Source of the DNA: Spirochaetota bacterium
GTDB lineage: Bacteria; Spirochaetota; JAHITG01; JAFGFC01
Length of the DNA stretch: 64,000 nucleotides
NCBI GenBank assembly: GCA_016931325.1
Contig: JAFGFC010000001.1
Location: forward strand, 1,419 to 65,418
Direction of reading: 5' to 3'
Shown: positions 9,632-19,128 of the stretch, one piece after another
How the letters are laid out: every line of letters starts with the position of its first letter
How positions within the stretch are numbered: position 1 is the stretch's first letter
Program-made: the position numbers and the translations under genes
Notes under the pieces: model-generated
Seen by the model: only the letters and a program-made list of their open reading frames with translations
What the model was told of the DNA's origin: nothing
Databases searched by the model: none

Positions 9632-11004
9632 GATTTTTTAAATATACAGGTTTTTTTATCCTGTTCTTTTTATTGTCTCCCTTGATATACGGCCTTACCC
9701 TGGATCTGAAAGGGGCTATTGAGACGGGACTGAAGCACAACAGGTCATTACAATTGGCAAGAGAGAGAGTCAAGGCCGCACAGGCCGAGGTGGGCATGGC
9801 CCGTTCTTCTTTTTATCCGACCATTGAGGGTTCACTCAACTACACCTATATGGGTGTGATCCCGACCGCCGAGATGATGGCCATGGGATTGGTCATGCCT
9901 GACCCCACAGACCCCTTTTATCATTATCATACCCTGGAATCAGCTAAATTGGAGATGGCCAGGCGGCATAACTGGGGCGGTGGCGTGACTGTTACCCAGC
10001 CTCTTTTCATGTGGGGACGGCTCATTAATGCCTATAATCTGGCCAGCATGAATCTGGAAGCGGAAGAGCAGAATTTTAAAAAGCAGCAGATACAGACCAT
10101 TTACGATATAAAAGAGGCTTTTTACAGTTATCTGGTCTCAATAAAAAGAGTGGCTTTGCTGGAGGATCAATACCAGCAGCTCGAGGAGAATGTGAAATCA
10201 GCAAAGATCAATTATGGCTCAGGACTTTTTTCCAAATACGACCTGATGGATATGGAAGTGAGGCTGGCCAATATGGAGCCGGCTTTAAAGCAGGCCAAAG
10301 ACGGTCTGCAACTGGCCATGGACCGGTTGAAAACAACACTGGGCTATGATAAAGACGATCTGCAAATAAAGGATGAGCTCGAATATACCAAAATAGACCT
10401 TGATTTTACAAAGACCAGGCAGGTCTTTTTACAGAAAAATCCTGATCTTATCTCTGCCAGGCTGGGAAAAAGGATAAGTGAAAAGTCATTATCCCTGTCC
10501 AGAGCCGCGAATAAACCCACGCTGATGGGTATCTTTGATTACAACTATACCTATATTCCTGAAGGCAGTGAAACGTTCGGCTCCTCTGAACCGCACAGCT
10601 GGACTGTCACTGTGGCTCTCAGTATCCCGATTTCAGAGTGGTTGCCCTGGTCAAAGACCAGCCGGGATATCGACAAGTCCAAAGCCTTATTGAATCAGGC
10701 CGATCTGGGGTATGAGCAGTTAAAGGATAGCCTTCAGATCCAGCTCAAGCAGATCATTCTGGATTTGGGGGCTCAGTATCAGCTGATCGAGAGCCAGAAG
10801 CAGAATGTTGAAAAAGCCAGGCAGACCTATGAATTCAGAAAAAAACAGTACAAGTCAGGTCTGATTCGCAATACGGACCTTTTAGGTTCTCAGGTCGCCC
10901 TAAAGGATGCCGAGACCAATTATCTGAATACGGCTTTTAACTATATTATGGCCAAAGCCCGGCTGGACCTATTGCTGGGTAACGTCAACAAAGAGAAATT
11001 TTAA
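9628..11004 (+). CDS. TolC-family outer membrane efflux protein
   Basis: Signal peptide, two OEP repeats, C-terminal YKSGL...ARLDLLLG; lies between tetR and the MFP gene. Confidence 0.9.
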   Translation: MRFFKYTGFFILFFLLSPLIYGLTLDLKGAIETGLKHNRSLQLARERVKAAQAEVGMARSSFYPTIEGSLNYTYMGVIPTAEMMAMGLVMPDPTDPFYHYHTLESAKLEMARRHNWGGGVTVTQPLFMWGRLINAYNLASMNLEAEEQNFKKQQIQTIYDIKEAFYSYLVSIKRVALLEDQYQQLEENVKSAKINYGSGLFSKYDLMDMEVRLANMEPALKQAKDGLQLAMDRLKTTLGYDKDDLQIKDELEYTKIDLDFTKTRQVFLQKNPDLISARLGKRISEKSLSLSRAANKPTLMGIFDYNYTYIPEGSETFGSSEPHSWTVTVALSIPISEWLPWSKTSRDIDKSKALLNQADLGYEQLKDSLQIQLKQIILDLGAQYQLIESQKQNVEKARQTYEFRKKQYKSGLIRNTDLLGSQVALKDAETNYLNTAFNYIMAKARLDLLLGNVNKEKF

Positions 11005-11028
11005 TATTTAATGAGCGGAGGTAATCAT

Positions 11029-12105
11029 ATGGCAAAAAAAGCAAAAGCCTATATGAGCATAAACAACAGCAAAAAAGGGATACCGACAAAATATGTTATT
11101 ATAGGTATTGTCCTTTTCATTGTCATCCTGAGAATATTCATATCTGTTGTTACACAGAAGAAAAAGGTTGCTGAAGTGGATTTCGTTCCTGTAGAGGCCT
11201 CACTTGTCAGGGAAGACACCATCAGGGATTCCATTTATCTTACGGAACGGCTTCAGGCTCTTTCCGATGTTAATGTCTATGCGCCTGTTTCAGGCTGGGT
11301 GGACCGTATTAATGTGGATATCGGTTCGAAAGTTCAGAAATATCAGGTAGTGGCTCAGATCGATAGAAATATCGTGGGAAGTGAATTCGCCAAAGCCATT
11401 GTCAAAGCCCCTATATCAGGTGAAGTGGGGAGTATTTATATTGACAGAGGGGCTAATGTCTCGCCGGCTGTTCCTTTAATGAGTATCGTGAATTACGATA
11501 TGATAAAGATCTATGTGAATATCCCTGAAAAATATATTGAACGGGTGCATAAAGGGGATGTGGCATTGATAAATGTGGAATCACAGAAGGATGAAGAGTT
11601 TATCGGAAAGATCGAGAAGATATCATCTGCCATTAATGCTCTGACAGGGACATTTCAAGCCAAGATCAGTATACCCAACAGACAGAAAAAGTTAAAACCC
11701 GGCAGCTTTGCCAATATCAAGGTCGTGCTGGATATTAAAAAAGCCACAATTATTCCCAAGGATGCCCTTGTGGAGACTGAAGGGATAAGGCCGTATGTCT
11801 TCAGGGTGGTAAAAAACAGGGCTATGAAAACATACGTGGAAAAAGGGATCGAAGAAGAAGAGAACGTTGAGATAATTAAAGGAGTGAGCCCGGGTGATAT
11901 TGTTATCACGATCGGCAAAGATATCGTGAAACCTGATTCTCCAGTGTATATAGCCAATGCCAGGGAACTGGGCCTGGTGACGGAAAAGACGAATAAGGAC
12001 ATTAAAAAAGAAGCAAAGAAAAAAGCCGCAAGTGATGATAAAACAAAAAAAATCAAAAATGAATCAAAAACTAAAAACCAAGAACCAAGAACTATGAACA
12101 AATAA
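11029..12105 (+). CDS. RND efflux periplasmic adaptor (membrane fusion protein)
   Basis: N-terminal TM, lipoyl half-motifs APVSG and APISG, LKPGSFA, GVSPGDIVIT; Lys-rich tail. Start placed after a GGAGG SD. Confidence 0.92.
   Translation: MAKKAKAYMSINNSKKGIPTKYVIIGIVLFIVILRIFISVVTQKKKVAEVDFVPVEASLVREDTIRDSIYLTERLQALSDVNVYAPVSGWVDRINVDIGSKVQKYQVVAQIDRNIVGSEFAKAIVKAPISGEVGSIYIDRGANVSPAVPLMSIVNYDMIKIYVNIPEKYIERVHKGDVALINVESQKDEEFIGKIEKISSAINALTGTFQAKISIPNRQKKLKPGSFANIKVVLDIKKATIIPKDALVETEGIRPYVFRVVKNRAMKTYVEKGIEEEENVEIIKGVSPGDIVITIGKDIVKPDSPVYIANARELGLVTEKTNKDIKKEAKKKAASDDKTKKIKNESKTKNQEPRTMNK
12064..12105 (+). repeat. heptamer tandem array inside the 3' end of the MFP gene
   Basis: TCAAAAA CTAAAAA CCAAGAA CCAAGAA CTATGAA CAAATAA; the last unit contains the stop codon. 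Confidence 0.75.
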
Positions 12106-12120
12106 TGTGAGGTATATATT

Positions 12121-15100
12121 ATGAATCTACCATCTTTGGGCGTCAGGAGGCCGGTTTTAACCAGTGTTGTTTTTATTATCATCTTGATCATAGGCATAAT
12201 CAGTCTGGCCAATCTCCCCCTGGAATTTTTACCTGATATATCGTTCCCTTTTTTAACCGTTATCACATCCTATGAAGGAACTGGTCCGGAAGAGATCGAA
12301 TCCAGTATAACCAAGATAATAGAAGGAGCTGTTTCCACGGTCCCGAATATAAAAAAGGTCTATTCCACTTCCATGGAAGGGCTTTCGACGGTCCAGCTGG
12401 AATTTGAATGGGAAACCGATCTGGATAACGCAGCCAATGATGTGAGGGACAATCTGGATCAAGTACGTGCTTATCTGCCCAGTGAAGCCTCCAAACCGTA
12501 TCTTTTAAAATTTTCTACGGAAAATATTCCGGTCATCATGATGGGGATCAGGGCCAAAGAAAGCTATCCCAAACTCTACAAGATCACAGAAGAAAAAATA
12601 ACAGATGTGCTCAAACAGGTGGATGGAGTGGGTAATGCCCTGGCCGTGGGCGGGATGATCCGGGAGATAAGAGTGGATCTTAATCAGGCCAAGATCAATT
12701 CCTACAATATCACCATTGATCAGATACTCGGAAGTATTCGGGGGAATAATGTCTTTATCCCCGGAGGTGAGATAAAGATCGGCAAAAGCGAATACATACT
12801 TCGTATCCCGGCCGAGTACCGTACCATTGATGAGATCAGAAATATTGCCGTGGGGAATTCAAAAGGTATTCCTGTTTATCTCAAGGACGTGGCCCGGGTT
12901 AACGATTCGTTCAAGGAAGAGAATATGATCGTGAGAGTGGAAGGGGATTCCGGTATCATGGTCATTGTGCAGAAGCAGTCCAAGGCCAATACCGTTATCG
13001 TGGCCAATAAGGTGAGGGAGCAGCTGGAAAAGATAAAAAAGACCCTGCCGGAGGATGTGGCTATTGAGATATCGTTTGATACCAGCCAATTTATCAAGGA
13101 TTCCATCGGAACCCTCACCACGACCATTGCCTGGGGCGGTCTTTTTGTTCTGATCATTGTCTTGCTTTTTCTGGTTGACTGGAAGGGCAGCTTTGTGATC
13201 GCCCTTACCATACCTTTTTCGCTTATCGCGGCTTTTATTATCCTTTTCCTGCTGGGGTATACGATCAATATCATGTCACTCTCTTCTCTGGCCATTGCTA
13301 TCGGGATGGTAGTGGATAATGCCATTGTTGTCACGGAAAACATCTACCGTCACCGTTTTGATGAAAAGATGGAGGTGAAAAAAGCTTCTGTACAGGGAGC
13401 CGGCGAAGTGCTCCAGGCGGTTATGGCCAGCACTCTGACCACAGTGGCGATCTTTATTCCCATATTCTTTGTGACGGGTATTGTCAATATCTTTTTCAGA
13501 GAACTTTCCCTGTCGATTATCACGGTACTGTCAACATCCCTGTTCGTGTCACTTTTTCTAACGCCCATGGTGGCTTCCCTTGTTTTTAATAAAAAGCCAA
13601 CACAAACCTTCTTTGTCAGAGCGGAAAAGGCCAATACCAACATAATGAATAAAATAAAAGAACAGTATAAAAAGATACTCCAGTGGACCCTGTATCACAG
13701 AAAAAGCACGGTCTTTATAGCTCTGGGTATCTTTCTTTTCTCTCTTTTTATCCTGATATTTTTTGTGGGCAGGGAGTTCATGCCCAAAGAGGATCAGGGC
13801 ATGGTGATGGGGACCATAGAGATGGAGGGCAACACCAGGGTTGAGGTGACAGATCAAATGCTGAAAGACTTTGAGGAATTCATCAAGAAGAACGTGCCGG
13901 AGACAAAATTGATCATGACACGTTCGGGGAAAAGCCCCGGAGGACGGGCTGCTGCCTCGGGCCGGGAAGAAGGGGCTAACATCGGGTTTTTAATGCTCAG
14001 GCTGGTCGCCAAAGCCGAGCGTACCCGGTCTTCACAGGATATTCTGGCCCTTATCAACAAGGAATTAAAGAAAGTGCCGGGTGTGAAATCTATTGACATG
14101 TCCACAGAGGGAGGGATGAGCGGGTTTGGCAGCGCAAAGCCGATCGTGATCGAGATCTATGGTTATGATCTGGACCAGACCATGCAATTTGCCCAGGATA
14201 TTAAAAAGACACTGTCCCGGGTGAAGGGTACCGGCAATATTGTCATATCAAGAAAGGCCGGGAAACCGGAAATACAGATCCAGATCGATAAGAAAAAGGC
14301 ACAGGATCTGGGGTTGACCCTCTATCAGATCGCGGATTCTGTAAAGAACAGCTTTCAGGGCGTGACAGCCGCCCAGTTCAGGGAATCAGGGGATGAATAT
14401 GATATCTTTGTCCGCCTTCAGAGCACGGACAGGAAGAGCCTCGATAATGTCAAAAATACTCTTATCAAAACACCGGGGGGTCAATTTGTTTCGGTGGGTA
14501 ATCTGGCCAAGTTCGATGTGAAAGTCGGACCGAAAAGCATCACCAGGAAACAGAAAGAGCGATATCTGACCGTGGAAAGCGAGATCTTTAAAAGGCCCCT
14601 GTCAGCGGTTCTGGAAGATTTTAATAAATTAATGAAAAAAGTGCCTGTCCCTTCAGGGATCCGTTACGAGATATCAGGATCGGCAGAAGATATAAAAGAG
14701 ACATTCACTATTCTGATCCAGGTCTTTTTGCTGGGTATTGTGCTTATCTACCTGATCATGGCGGCCCAGTTCGAAAGTTTCAGAGACCCTTTTATCGTCA
14801 TGTTCTCAGTTCCCTTTGCTGTTGTGGGGGTAGCCTGGGCCTTATTCCTCACAGGCGTGACATTGAACCTGAACAGTTTTGTGGGCATGGTCATGCTTGT
14901 GGGTATTGTTGTTAACAACGCCATTGTACTGATCGATTATATCAACCGGGTACGCTGCAATCAGAAAAAAGAGCTTTTTGAGGCGGTTATCTCGGCCTGT
15001 CAGCTAAGGTTAAGGCCTGTTCTCATGACCGCTTTTACCACGATCTTTGGGCTTTTACCCATGGCTCTGGCACGCGGTGAAGGGTCTGAGAGCTGGGTTC

Positions 15101-15231
15101 CCCTGGGAGTGTCGGTTATCGGTGGGCTCTTTGTTTCCACGATGATCACTCTGATCCTGATCCCTACCCTTTATATTATTTTTGAAAGGCGTATTAAAAG
15201 AGATAAACGGATCATCTGTGAGACCTATTGA
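12121..15231 (+). CDS. AcrB/AcrD/AcrF-family RND efflux permease
   Basis: 1036 aa; RRPV, IAIGMVVDNAIVVTENI, GIVVNNAIVLID, RLRPVLMT; about 12 TM segments with two large loops. Confidence 0.96.
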   Translation: MNLPSLGVRRPVLTSVVFIIILIIGIISLANLPLEFLPDISFPFLTVITSYEGTGPEEIESSITKIIEGAVSTVPNIKKVYSTSMEGLSTVQLEFEWETDLDNAANDVRDNLDQVRAYLPSEASKPYLLKFSTENIPVIMMGIRAKESYPKLYKITEEKITDVLKQVDGVGNALAVGGMIREIRVDLNQAKINSYNITIDQILGSIRGNNVFIPGGEIKIGKSEYILRIPAEYRTIDEIRNIAVGNSKGIPVYLKDVARVNDSFKEENMIVRVEGDSGIMVIVQKQSKANTVIVANKVREQLEKIKKTLPEDVAIEISFDTSQFIKDSIGTLTTTIAWGGLFVLIIVLLFLVDWKGSFVIALTIPFSLIAAFIILFLLGYTINIMSLSSLAIAIGMVVDNAIVVTENIYRHRFDEKMEVKKASVQGAGEVLQAVMASTLTTVAIFIPIFFVTGIVNIFFRELSLSIITVLSTSLFVSLFLTPMVASLVFNKKPTQTFFVRAEKANTNIMNKIKEQYKKILQWTLYHRKSTVFIALGIFLFSLFILIFFVGREFMPKEDQGMVMGTIEMEGNTRVEVTDQMLKDFEEFIKKNVPETKLIMTRSGKSPGGRAAASGREEGANIGFLMLRLVAKAERTRSSQDILALINKELKKVPGVKSIDMSTEGGMSGFGSAKPIVIEIYGYDLDQTMQFAQDIKKTLSRVKGTGNIVISRKAGKPEIQIQIDKKKAQDLGLTLYQIADSVKNSFQGVTAAQFRESGDEYDIFVRLQSTDRKSLDNVKNTLIKTPGGQFVSVGNLAKFDVKVGPKSITRKQKERYLTVESEIFKRPLSAVLEDFNKLMKKVPVPSGIRYEISGSAEDIKETFTILIQVFLLGIVLIYLIMAAQFESFRDPFIVMFSVPFAVVGVAWALFLTGVTLNLNSFVGMVMLVGIVVNNAIVLIDYINRVRCNQKKELFEAVISACQLRLRPVLMTAFTTIFGLLPMALARGEGSESWVPLGVSVIGGLFVSTMITLILIPTLYIIFERRIKRDKRIICETY

Positions 15232-15394
15232 TTCAAGAAATCCCAGCGTTAATTTATCATTCTTGCCTGGGTTCTTCTTTTTCCGGGACGTGTGTTAAGA
15301 TTCCCTCTTCTATGTAACTTTTTATTTTTATGGCGTCGCGGGTTTATCGAAAAAAGTAGTAGACATAAAAGTGTAAGCATTGTATTTTACAAAG

Positions 15395-18001
15395 ATGAAT
15401 TCATTAAATACTGTCAGTACGGGATGTCACGGGCTGGACCAGGTGTTGGATTATCTCAGAATAGGTGATAATGTTGTCTGGCAGGTTGATGCCATTGAGG
15501 ATTATCTTGAATTTGTCAAATTTTTAATAAAAAAGGCCAGGTCAGATGGCAGGCGGATAGTCTACATGCGTTTTGCAAGGCATCAGATCTTGATCGCATC
15601 CAAAGATGTAAAAACATACAAGATCGATGCCTATAGCGGATTTGAGAAATTTTCCACACAGATCCATGAGATAGCCAAAAAAGAAGGGGAGGGAGTTTTT
15701 TATATATTTGATTGTCTTTCTGATCTTCTCTTTGCCTGGGCTACCGACCTGATGATCGGCAATTTTTTCAGGGTCACCTGTCCTTATCTTTTTCAATTAA
15801 ATACAGTCGCTTATTTTGCTTTATTAAGGAACAGGAATTCTTTCAAAACGATCGCCCATATCAGAGAGATAACTCAGGTTCTTCTGGATGTTTATGAGAA
15901 TGAAGGGCATATTTATATTCATCCGATAAAGGTGTGGAATCGATATTCTCCCACCATGTTCCTTCCCCATGTCCTGCAGGGAGATAAATTCGTGCCGATT
16001 TTTAACAGCAGTGATGCGGCTTTGTTCTTTTCCAAAATGGAGCCAAAAGAAATAAGTCATACAAAGCGGAATATGGATTACTGGGAAAATCTGTTCATAG
16101 AGGCCGAAGATCTGCAGGCCAGGATCAAACAGAAGGACTCGCTGGCCTTGAGCAAAAGAAAGAAGATGATCAAAAAACTCTGTCAGCTGATCATGGGTCG
16201 TGATGCCCGAGTTCTTTCACTGACTGAACAATATTTTTCCCTCCAGGACTTTTTAAATATAAAGTCACGATTGATCGGATCCGGTCATATCGGAGGCAAA
16301 TCTGTGGGAATGCTTCTGGCCCGGAAAATACTTGATCATGATCAAAAGACGAAATGGGAGGAATATCTTGAATTGCATGATTCCTTTTATGTCGGATCTG
16401 ATGTGTTTTATACCTATCTGGTTCAGAACGATCTGTGGGACCTGCGGATGGAACAGAGGCTGAAAGAGAATTATTTTTCCAAGGCATATGATTTGCAGAA
16501 TAAATTGTTAAATGGCTCATTTCAGGAGGAGATCAAGGAACAGTTTTTAAGGATGCTGGAATATTTCGGGCAATCTCCTATTATTGTTCGCTCCAGCAGC
16601 CTTTTAGAAGACAGCTTTGGCAATGCGTTTGCCGGAAAATATGAAAGTGTTTTCTGTGTGAACCAGGGTTCTCTGGAAAAACGATATCATGATTTTGAAA
16701 AAGCCCTGCGTCTCATTTATGCCAGTACCATGAATAAGGATGCTTTGACCTACCGGCTGCAGAGAGGATTGGATCAACAGGAAGAACAGATGGCCCTTTT
16801 GGTACAACGGGTTTCAGGATCCCATCATAAGAATTATTTTTTCCCTGATGCCGCCGGTGTGGGAGTTTCCTATAATACATATGTATGGAAAAATAATATG
16901 GATCCCAAGGCCGGTATGATCCGGGTTGTGTTCGGGCTGGGAACAAGAGCCGTTAATAGAGTGGAAGGTGATTATGCCAGGATAGTAGCTCTGGATGCCC
17001 CTCATGTCCAGCCTTATGCAGATGAGGGTGAAGCGAAAAAGTATTCACAGCATGATGTTGATGTATTGAATATCAAAAAAAACGAGTTCCAGTCGTGTTC
17101 CATATATGATCTGGGGCAGGAAGATATTGATTTTAATATGGAGTATATCGGCCAACGGGATTATGAGGCAGAGCACCGGCTGGCAGAGATGGGAAGGGAA
17201 AGAAGAGAAGTGTGGATCGTGCAGTTTAAGAAATTATTGCTGGAAACGACCTTTCCGGGGGTCATAGCCAAGATGCTTAAGAGCCTGGAGCAAAGCTACG
17301 ATTATCCAGTGGAGATTGAATTCACACTGAATTTCAAAGACAGCGATTACAGGATCAATCTTTTACAATGCCGCCCTCTTCAGACCAAAGGACTGAAAGC
17401 CAAGGTAAAGATCCCTCCCTTTATTCCTAAAGATAAAATATTCATAAAAAGTGTTGGCAATTTTATGGGCGGTAACACGGATAAGGTTATGACCCATGTG
17501 ATCTATGTCAGCCCGAAGGAATACAGTGATTTGAAGCATACCGATAAATATCAGATAGCCCGTCTTGTCGGCAGGCTTAATCGCAGGATCAATAAAATAT
17601 CTTCCCCCACTCTTCTTCTGGGACCCGGGCGCTGGGGAACAACGACTCCCTCTCTGGGGATCCCTGTGTCATTTTCCGAGATCAACAATATGGCGGCCCT
17701 GGGAGAAATGGCCTATATGCGCGCCGGCCTTGTTCCAGAAGTCTCTTTCGGAACTCACTTTTTTCAGGACCTGGTGGAAACAGATATTTTTTATATGGCC
17801 CTGTTCCCCGATAAAAAAGATGTATTGTTTCATACGAAATGGATGGATCAGCTGCCTAATGTTCTGGAAGACTGGCTTTCAGAACAGTCGTCTTTTAGAG
17901 ACGTCATCAAGGTATATGATCTGGACAGTTCAAAATATAAAAAATTGAGAATATGTTCTGACATTGTTACGCAGGATCTGGTATGCTATTTCCCGGACTG
18001 A
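15395..18001 (+). CDS. PEP/pyruvate-binding (PPDK_N) domain protein with a degenerate KaiC/RecA-like N-terminus
   Basis: GGKSVG, VRSSSLLEDSFGNAFAGKYES, GLGTRAV, EIEF, LLQCRP, GPGRWGT and SFGTHFFQDLVE motifs; N-terminal VSTGCHGLDQVL. Confidence 0.8.
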   Translation: MNSLNTVSTGCHGLDQVLDYLRIGDNVVWQVDAIEDYLEFVKFLIKKARSDGRRIVYMRFARHQILIASKDVKTYKIDAYSGFEKFSTQIHEIAKKEGEGVFYIFDCLSDLLFAWATDLMIGNFFRVTCPYLFQLNTVAYFALLRNRNSFKTIAHIREITQVLLDVYENEGHIYIHPIKVWNRYSPTMFLPHVLQGDKFVPIFNSSDAALFFSKMEPKEISHTKRNMDYWENLFIEAEDLQARIKQKDSLALSKRKKMIKKLCQLIMGRDARVLSLTEQYFSLQDFLNIKSRLIGSGHIGGKSVGMLLARKILDHDQKTKWEEYLELHDSFYVGSDVFYTYLVQNDLWDLRMEQRLKENYFSKAYDLQNKLLNGSFQEEIKEQFLRMLEYFGQSPIIVRSSSLLEDSFGNAFAGKYESVFCVNQGSLEKRYHDFEKALRLIYASTMNKDALTYRLQRGLDQQEEQMALLVQRVSGSHHKNYFFPDAAGVGVSYNTYVWKNNMDPKAGMIRVVFGLGTRAVNRVEGDYARIVALDAPHVQPYADEGEAKKYSQHDVDVLNIKKNEFQSCSIYDLGQEDIDFNMEYIGQRDYEAEHRLAEMGRERREVWIVQFKKLLLETTFPGVIAKMLKSLEQSYDYPVEIEFTLNFKDSDYRINLLQCRPLQTKGLKAKVKIPPFIPKDKIFIKSVGNFMGGNTDKVMTHVIYVSPKEYSDLKHTDKYQIARLVGRLNRRINKISSPTLLLGPGRWGTTTPSLGIPVSFSEINNMAALGEMAYMRAGLVPEVSFGTHFFQDLVETDIFYMALFPDKKDVLFHTKWMDQLPNVLEDWLSEQSSFRDVIKVYDLDSSKYKKLRICSDIVTQDLVCYFPD

Positions 18002-18077
18002 AGGGGTAATCTGATCTATGCGCTCAGGCCATGTTATAATGGCTTGATCAAAAAGACAAGTCAGAGGGGGTTTTCAT

Positions 18078-19085
18078 ATGGTTTATATTAAACGTCTTGA
18101 AGATTATTTAAAAAGCCACAGTGATGCCCAGGGAGGACGAAGATATTTAAGGATACCTTCCAAGATCCCTGTCCTGTATGCCTTTAAGAACAGGAATAGA
18201 TATTCAGAATACAGGCAAAGCTTTACAACGAATATTTCTACCGGTGGTCTATCGATCGAAGTGATAGGACCTCCTTCTGTTGTTCTAAAAAATCTTTCAA
18301 AATTGAATAAAACGATAGAGTTAAAAGTAGATATTCCCCAAAAAAAGAGCCTGATCGATTTTTCCGGCAAAGTCGAATGGGTTGAAACTCTGCAGAAAGA
18401 CTCTCCCGGAAGGTATCTTGTGGGTATCAGCTTTGACACGATAAAGCCGGATGACAGGATCGATATACTGTCGTATTCCGTAAGGCTGGTCAATCGAAAG
18501 AAAATGGCCAGATTAGCCCTGGGTGTGCTGGCGGCCGGTATTTTAATATCAGGCCTGTGGGCTATAGGCGCTACCCAGTCCAAAAAGCAGGTCCAGAAAA
18601 AATTAGTGATCTCTGAGACAGCCAGAGAGAAACTGAAAAAAGATATAATCCGACTTGGCCAAATGAAAGACGGTCTTGAACAAAAGCTGGAATTGAACCA
18701 GATAAAAATAATTTCTCAGAGCAAGCTTTTAGAGTCTCAGAAAAAGACCATCAATGAGAAAAATCAGACCATTAAGGGAATGAGCCTGTATCTCAATAAT
18801 TCAAAGATCCTGTTGGAAGATATCTATAAGGAATGGAACATTGATTCGCGGTCTGATTTTATTGTGTTTGATGACCTGTACCGGAAAGGACGTCAGGCTC
18901 TAAAGGACGGCGAATATCCCAGGGCTATTTTAACTCTGGAAGAGCTGATAAAAAAATATCCGAACTCACTTTTAGGCTATCGCTTGCTGATCTCGGCATT
19001 GTATAAAGAAGGGAAAAAAGAGCAGGCGGATAAGATGTTTCAGGAATATATCGCTAAATTGAAAGAGCAGGTGATTCAACCCTGA
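18078..19085 (+). CDS. PilZ domain - TM - coiled coil - TPR protein
   Basis: RRYLR (RxxxR) and NISTGG (D/NxSxxG) motifs; TM LALGVLAAGILISGLWAI; coiled coil; C-terminal TPR (GEYPRAILTLEELIKKYPNS). Extended -10 TGTTATAAT upstream. Confidence 0.8.
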   Translation: MVYIKRLEDYLKSHSDAQGGRRYLRIPSKIPVLYAFKNRNRYSEYRQSFTTNISTGGLSIEVIGPPSVVLKNLSKLNKTIELKVDIPQKKSLIDFSGKVEWVETLQKDSPGRYLVGISFDTIKPDDRIDILSYSVRLVNRKKMARLALGVLAAGILISGLWAIGATQSKKQVQKKLVISETAREKLKKDIIRLGQMKDGLEQKLELNQIKIISQSKLLESQKKTINEKNQTIKGMSLYLNNSKILLEDIYKEWNIDSRSDFIVFDDLYRKGRQALKDGEYPRAILTLEELIKKYPNSLLGYRLLISALYKEGKKEQADKMFQEYIAKLKEQVIQP

Positions 19086-19128
19086 GCAGGTTCTTGAGGT
19101 TTATCTGCACGGGTTATCGTGATTCCTT

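Noticed and set aside
11655-12266. 203-aa antisense ORF, and the many other 60-160 aa antisense or overlapping ORFs in the track
   Set aside because: They lie within well-supported genes on the other strand or frame, have no recognisable motifs, and are expected shadow ORFs.
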